DNA from: Lama guanicoe
Lineage: Eukaryota
Reading direction: 5' to 3'
Assembly (NCBI GenBank): GCA_013239625.1
Contig: MU053911.1
Location: 819,590-883,589, forward strand
Length of the DNA stretch: 64,000 nucleotides
Shown here: piece by piece, positions 60,830 through 64,000 of the stretch
Layout: each line of letters starts with the position of its first letter
Position numbering within the stretch: the first letter of the stretch is position 1
Made by a program: the position numbers and the translations under genes
The notes under the pieces: model-generated
What the model was told of the DNA's origin: nothing
The model's input: the letters and a program-made list of their open reading frames with translations, nothing else
The model's database searches: none

Positions 60830-61780
60830 TGAGGAAGCGCCAGCTTCCCGGAGTGAGCTCGTTTTCCCAAATCACCCGGGACAGCAGAGCTGGCGTCCAA
60901 ACGCGGGCCAGGCCAGGCCAGCCAAGCCAGTGGCCGTGGTCCTGACCGCTGCTCCGCACACCAGCCCCACATCCTGAAACACACGGTGTCCTCTTTACCT
61001 TCCGGAGACTGCTGGAGCCTGTCTCTGAAACCTGCACCCACTGCCTGTGGCTCGTCTTGCTTAACTGAGTCGTCCTGGGTGCAGTCGGTCCCGGCGTGAC
61101 GCCCCGTTCCCGTAGGAACGAAACAGCCTCAAGCAGCTAAAATGAAAGTCAGCAAACTTCAGCAAAGCGTCCCAGTGCGCGGCCGCGTGCAAGGAAGTAT
61201 TCTGAGGTCATGGAGGAGACAGTAACCCTCGTGTGGGGGCCCGAACGCAGCTCCTAGCGAGGCTGCAGGACACGCATAAATGATCCAGCCGGCGAGAGGC
61301 GGCCTCGGGGCGCAGCTGAGCCAGCAGCCGCCGCGCGCAAACCCGTCCCCCCCCCCCCCGAAAACCCCCCCCAACCCGGGCCGCCGCCATGCGGGGCCGA
61401 CCTCGCGCCCGCTGACGCTCCGCGAGGGGCTCGCGGAGCGGACCGGCGCTCCTCGAGGGACGGGCCACGCGGGCCGCGGGACAGCGCGCCCGGCCTGCGG
61501 ACGCCAGGGCGGCGGGCGGCGATCAGCAGCGCTGGGCGGGGTCCGGCGTCCGTGACCCCCCGGCGGCGTGACGGTTCGGCCGCGTGAACAGGGCACGTGG
61601 GCCCCCGGGGCTGTGCAGTCGCAGACGCCAGTTTTTAGGAAGAATAACCCAGGAGCACACAGTGGAACAGAGCTGTCCGGACGGATCCCCTGAGCGGATG
61701 CCTGGCAAAAGCAGGCCCCGCGGGCACGTACGTGGGGTTTGAGAGACAAAGTGCTCCTCCCGGAGCCTCCGGGCTGGGGG
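60830..61780. promoter_or_regulatory. CpG island, probable promoter or regulatory element
   Basis: Highest CpG density in the window (61290-61590); C-runs at 61346-61377; no recognisable coding exon. Confidence 0.65.
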
Positions 61781-62115
61781 TGACCGCTGTCTGTTCTCAG
61801 GCTCTGGGTGTTTCCCTCCCTGTTAGACTGTCTTCAGCTGTTTCATTACGAGTTTCAACAGACACAGAAGCAGAGAGAGTAAGACGCTAAAACCCCAGTC
61901 ATGCATCGCCCAGGCTCAGCACTTCCTGACACTGACCACTAACACACCACACTATTACCGCACCAAAAATAAACTGAACAGCAAGCCCTCCACATCATCA
62001 AAAATCCAATTAGCGTTCATATTTCCTGGAAGCTCTTAAATGACTTTTTTACATTTTGGGGTTTTTTCTTGAGTAGAACTTAAGCAAGGACCGCCCATTA
62101 CAAAGAGTTGATATA

Positions 62116-62198
62116 GGGGGTGGGGCCATAGTTCGGGGATAGAGCGCCTGATTAGCATGCATGAGGTCCTCGGTTCAATCCCCAGTACCTCCGTTAAA

Positions 62199-62272
<74 letters not shown>

Positions 62273-62274
62273 AA
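62116..62274 (+). mobile_element. vic-1-like SINE whose tail has become an (AAT)n microsatellite
   Basis: tRNA-Ala head ...TTAGCATGCATGAGGTCCTCGGTTCAATCCCCAGTACCTCC, then a long perfect TAA run to about 62266. Confidence 0.88.
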
Positions 62275-62894
62275 TGGTTACTTTGTCTCTTAAGTCACTT
62301 CACATGTGTATGTTTCCATCTTCTCTATTTTTCTTTGCAATGTGGTCATTGCAAAAAAAAATGGAGAAAGGGATTTTGGGTTTTACTGATTGCATCCACG
62401 TGGTGTCATTTAATGTATTTTCCCATCCCCTGTGCCTTGTATTTCCTGGCGATTAACTCCGGATACATAATCAAGCTCAGGTTCCATTTTTTGGCAAAAA
62501 TACCTCACAGGTGGTGTTGTGTCCTTCCATCAAGAGAAAGAAAACAGCAGACTGAATCCCGTGTCGGAGCATTAGCTGCCACTGATGGTTCTGGTCCAGG
62601 TCCATTGCTTCATTCCGGGGCACAAAACCATATTCCAGTTCTGTTCTTTCTCTTTTACCCAACAGCTGGAAGACAGGATAGATGTGCCTCTGAGGAACCA
62701 AGTGTCCTTGAGCCTCCTCTTTGTGCCAGTGTCCTGTGCCACCAGCGGTTTCACCAGCACCCCTGAAAGAACTGTAATCAGTGTTACTGTGATCACAGTG
62801 ATGTACACATGTGTGGTCCGTTCCAACCCACTGCCACTGTTATTCTTAGCAATGCTCAGGGGTAGCATCTTCAAGTCACCTCAAAGGTCCTTTT

Positions 62895-63130
62895 TAAAAA
62901 AGTATATATTTTTATCGAAGTATAATTGATTTACAATGTTGCATTCTTTTCAGGTGTACCGCAAAGTGATTCAGTTTTACATGCACACATCTGTTCTTTT
63001 TCAAATCCTTTTCCATTATGGGCTATTACAAGGTATTGAATACAGTTCCCTGTGCTGTACAGCAGGTCCTCGCTGTTTATCTATTTTATGTGCAGCAGTG
63101 TGTGTCTGTTAATCCCGAGCTCCTAGTTTA
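62895..63130 (-). mobile_element. 5'-truncated LINE-1 3' end with 14-bp TSD
   Basis: GAAGTATAATTGATTTACAATGTTG...CCCTGTGCTGTACAGCAGGTCCTCGCTGTTTATC; TCAAAGGTCCTTTT (62881-62894) / TCAAAGCTCCTTTT (63131-63144). Confidence 0.88.
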
Positions 63131-64000
63131 TCAAAGCTCCTTTTGAGGTAACTTTTGGTAGCTGACTTGCTTGTTCACCTTCTACATTTTTCTGTCCAGA
63201 CGTGGAATCAGCCATTTGCCTTGGAAGCGCTGCTTCTCAGATGGGGGCCGTGGTGTTAGAGACCGCAGCCTGCCCCCGGGCACTCGCTAATGAAGACTTG
63301 ATCATTCTCTCCAGGTCGAGGGCTGAGCCCGGCTATTTACACAATTTTTTTCAAAGACAAAATACTTCATGAGGTTGTACTGAGGTTACCAATGAGAACT
63401 GAGGATTCCAAAGTTTTTACTTTATCCCTATGATTTTATATTTGTACACGTTTTTTTCCGACAGAGATTAGTTTTCAATTATATTAACAAAATTAATGTG
63501 GTTACTCTATCTGATACTATGTAATAATTTTAGGCTAGCCATATCAATAGTATTCCTAATAAGATGATTCCTAAAAACCGGTCAAATTTTTCAACAGTTT
63601 GTTGTTTTGTTGTTTTGTCTTTAGGGTATAATTCTCTAGGGATTATGGCCAGATTACTGAATTTGAAGCCATTTGAAATCACTCTTCTCAGTGTGATTAT
63701 GCTACCAATTTGATACATTTCACTCATTCATTTTGGTTTTCTTTTCTTTTTTTCTTTTTAGGAATGGTTTCTTAAATTTAATTTTGCTTTATAATTTGGT
63801 CAAACACTCACTTGGTTCCTAAATTGCAGCTACAAAACCAAGTGCACTCAGAGAAGCCTCCCACCTCTGTCCTCTCCATTCCCTTTCTTCTTCCCCACTT
63901 GAGCGAATTTTGTTAGGTTTGGGATTATTACGTGTAAATGTACACACTTATTATATATTAACATATGTAAGGATACACATACATCCCACAAATATACGCA

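Larger units (their letters stand above)
61820..63920 (-). mobile_element. Ancient LINE-1 3' UTR-type sequence (L1MC/ME-like) hosting younger insertions
   Basis: TCAGGTTCCATTTTTTGGCAAAAATACCTCACAGGTGGTGTTG and GGAATCAGCCATTTGCCTTGGAAGCGCTGCTTC-type motifs; boundaries approximate. Confidence 0.45.

Noticed and set aside
61159..61749. 196-aa minus ORF in the CpG island
   Set aside because: Non-ATG start, composition driven by GC content, no recognisable homology
51988..63144. Near-identical TSD sequences at two distant insertions (TCAAAGCTCTTTT and TCAAAGCTCCTTTT)
   Set aside because: Short, partly explained by the shared L1 endonuclease TTTT preference; no wider similarity between the sites
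1..64000. Prokaryotic-type systems (CRISPR arrays, operons, defence islands, prophage)
   Set aside because: No repeat-spacer arrays or gene-dense coding; mammalian LINE/SINE/LTR content throughout

Overview
This is mammalian nuclear DNA, not prokaryotic. It is almost certainly camelid (alpaca/llama/camel), because it carries ten copies of a tRNA-Ala(AGC)-derived SINE with the structure of the camelid vic-1 family. The window is GC/CpG-rich and made mainly of repeat remnants (LINE-1 fragments of several ages, MIR, L2, MLT1/ERV LTRs, one MER45A-like DNA transposon, microsatellites), CpG-rich segments and repeat-free, motif-dense blocks that look like enhancers. I recognise no known protein-coding gene. 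The supplied ORFs are chance ORFs in GC-rich or simple-repeat DNA, or decayed L1 ORF1/ORF2 pieces. There is no CRISPR array, operon, rRNA or convincing tRNA gene. The best-supported observations are L1-mediated insertion scars: a 35-nt tailless U2 snRNA retropseudogene with perfect target-site duplication (TSD), a 4-nt TSD-flanked micro-insertion about 300 bp away, and two SINEs stacked at one target site. The most speculative observation is a hand-assembled minus-strand transcription unit (RFX X-box, TATA box, four phase-compatible exons, AATAAA) that could encode about 100 aa. Repeat family names come from my recall of consensus sequences, not a database search. I do not find evidence for a new biological system.
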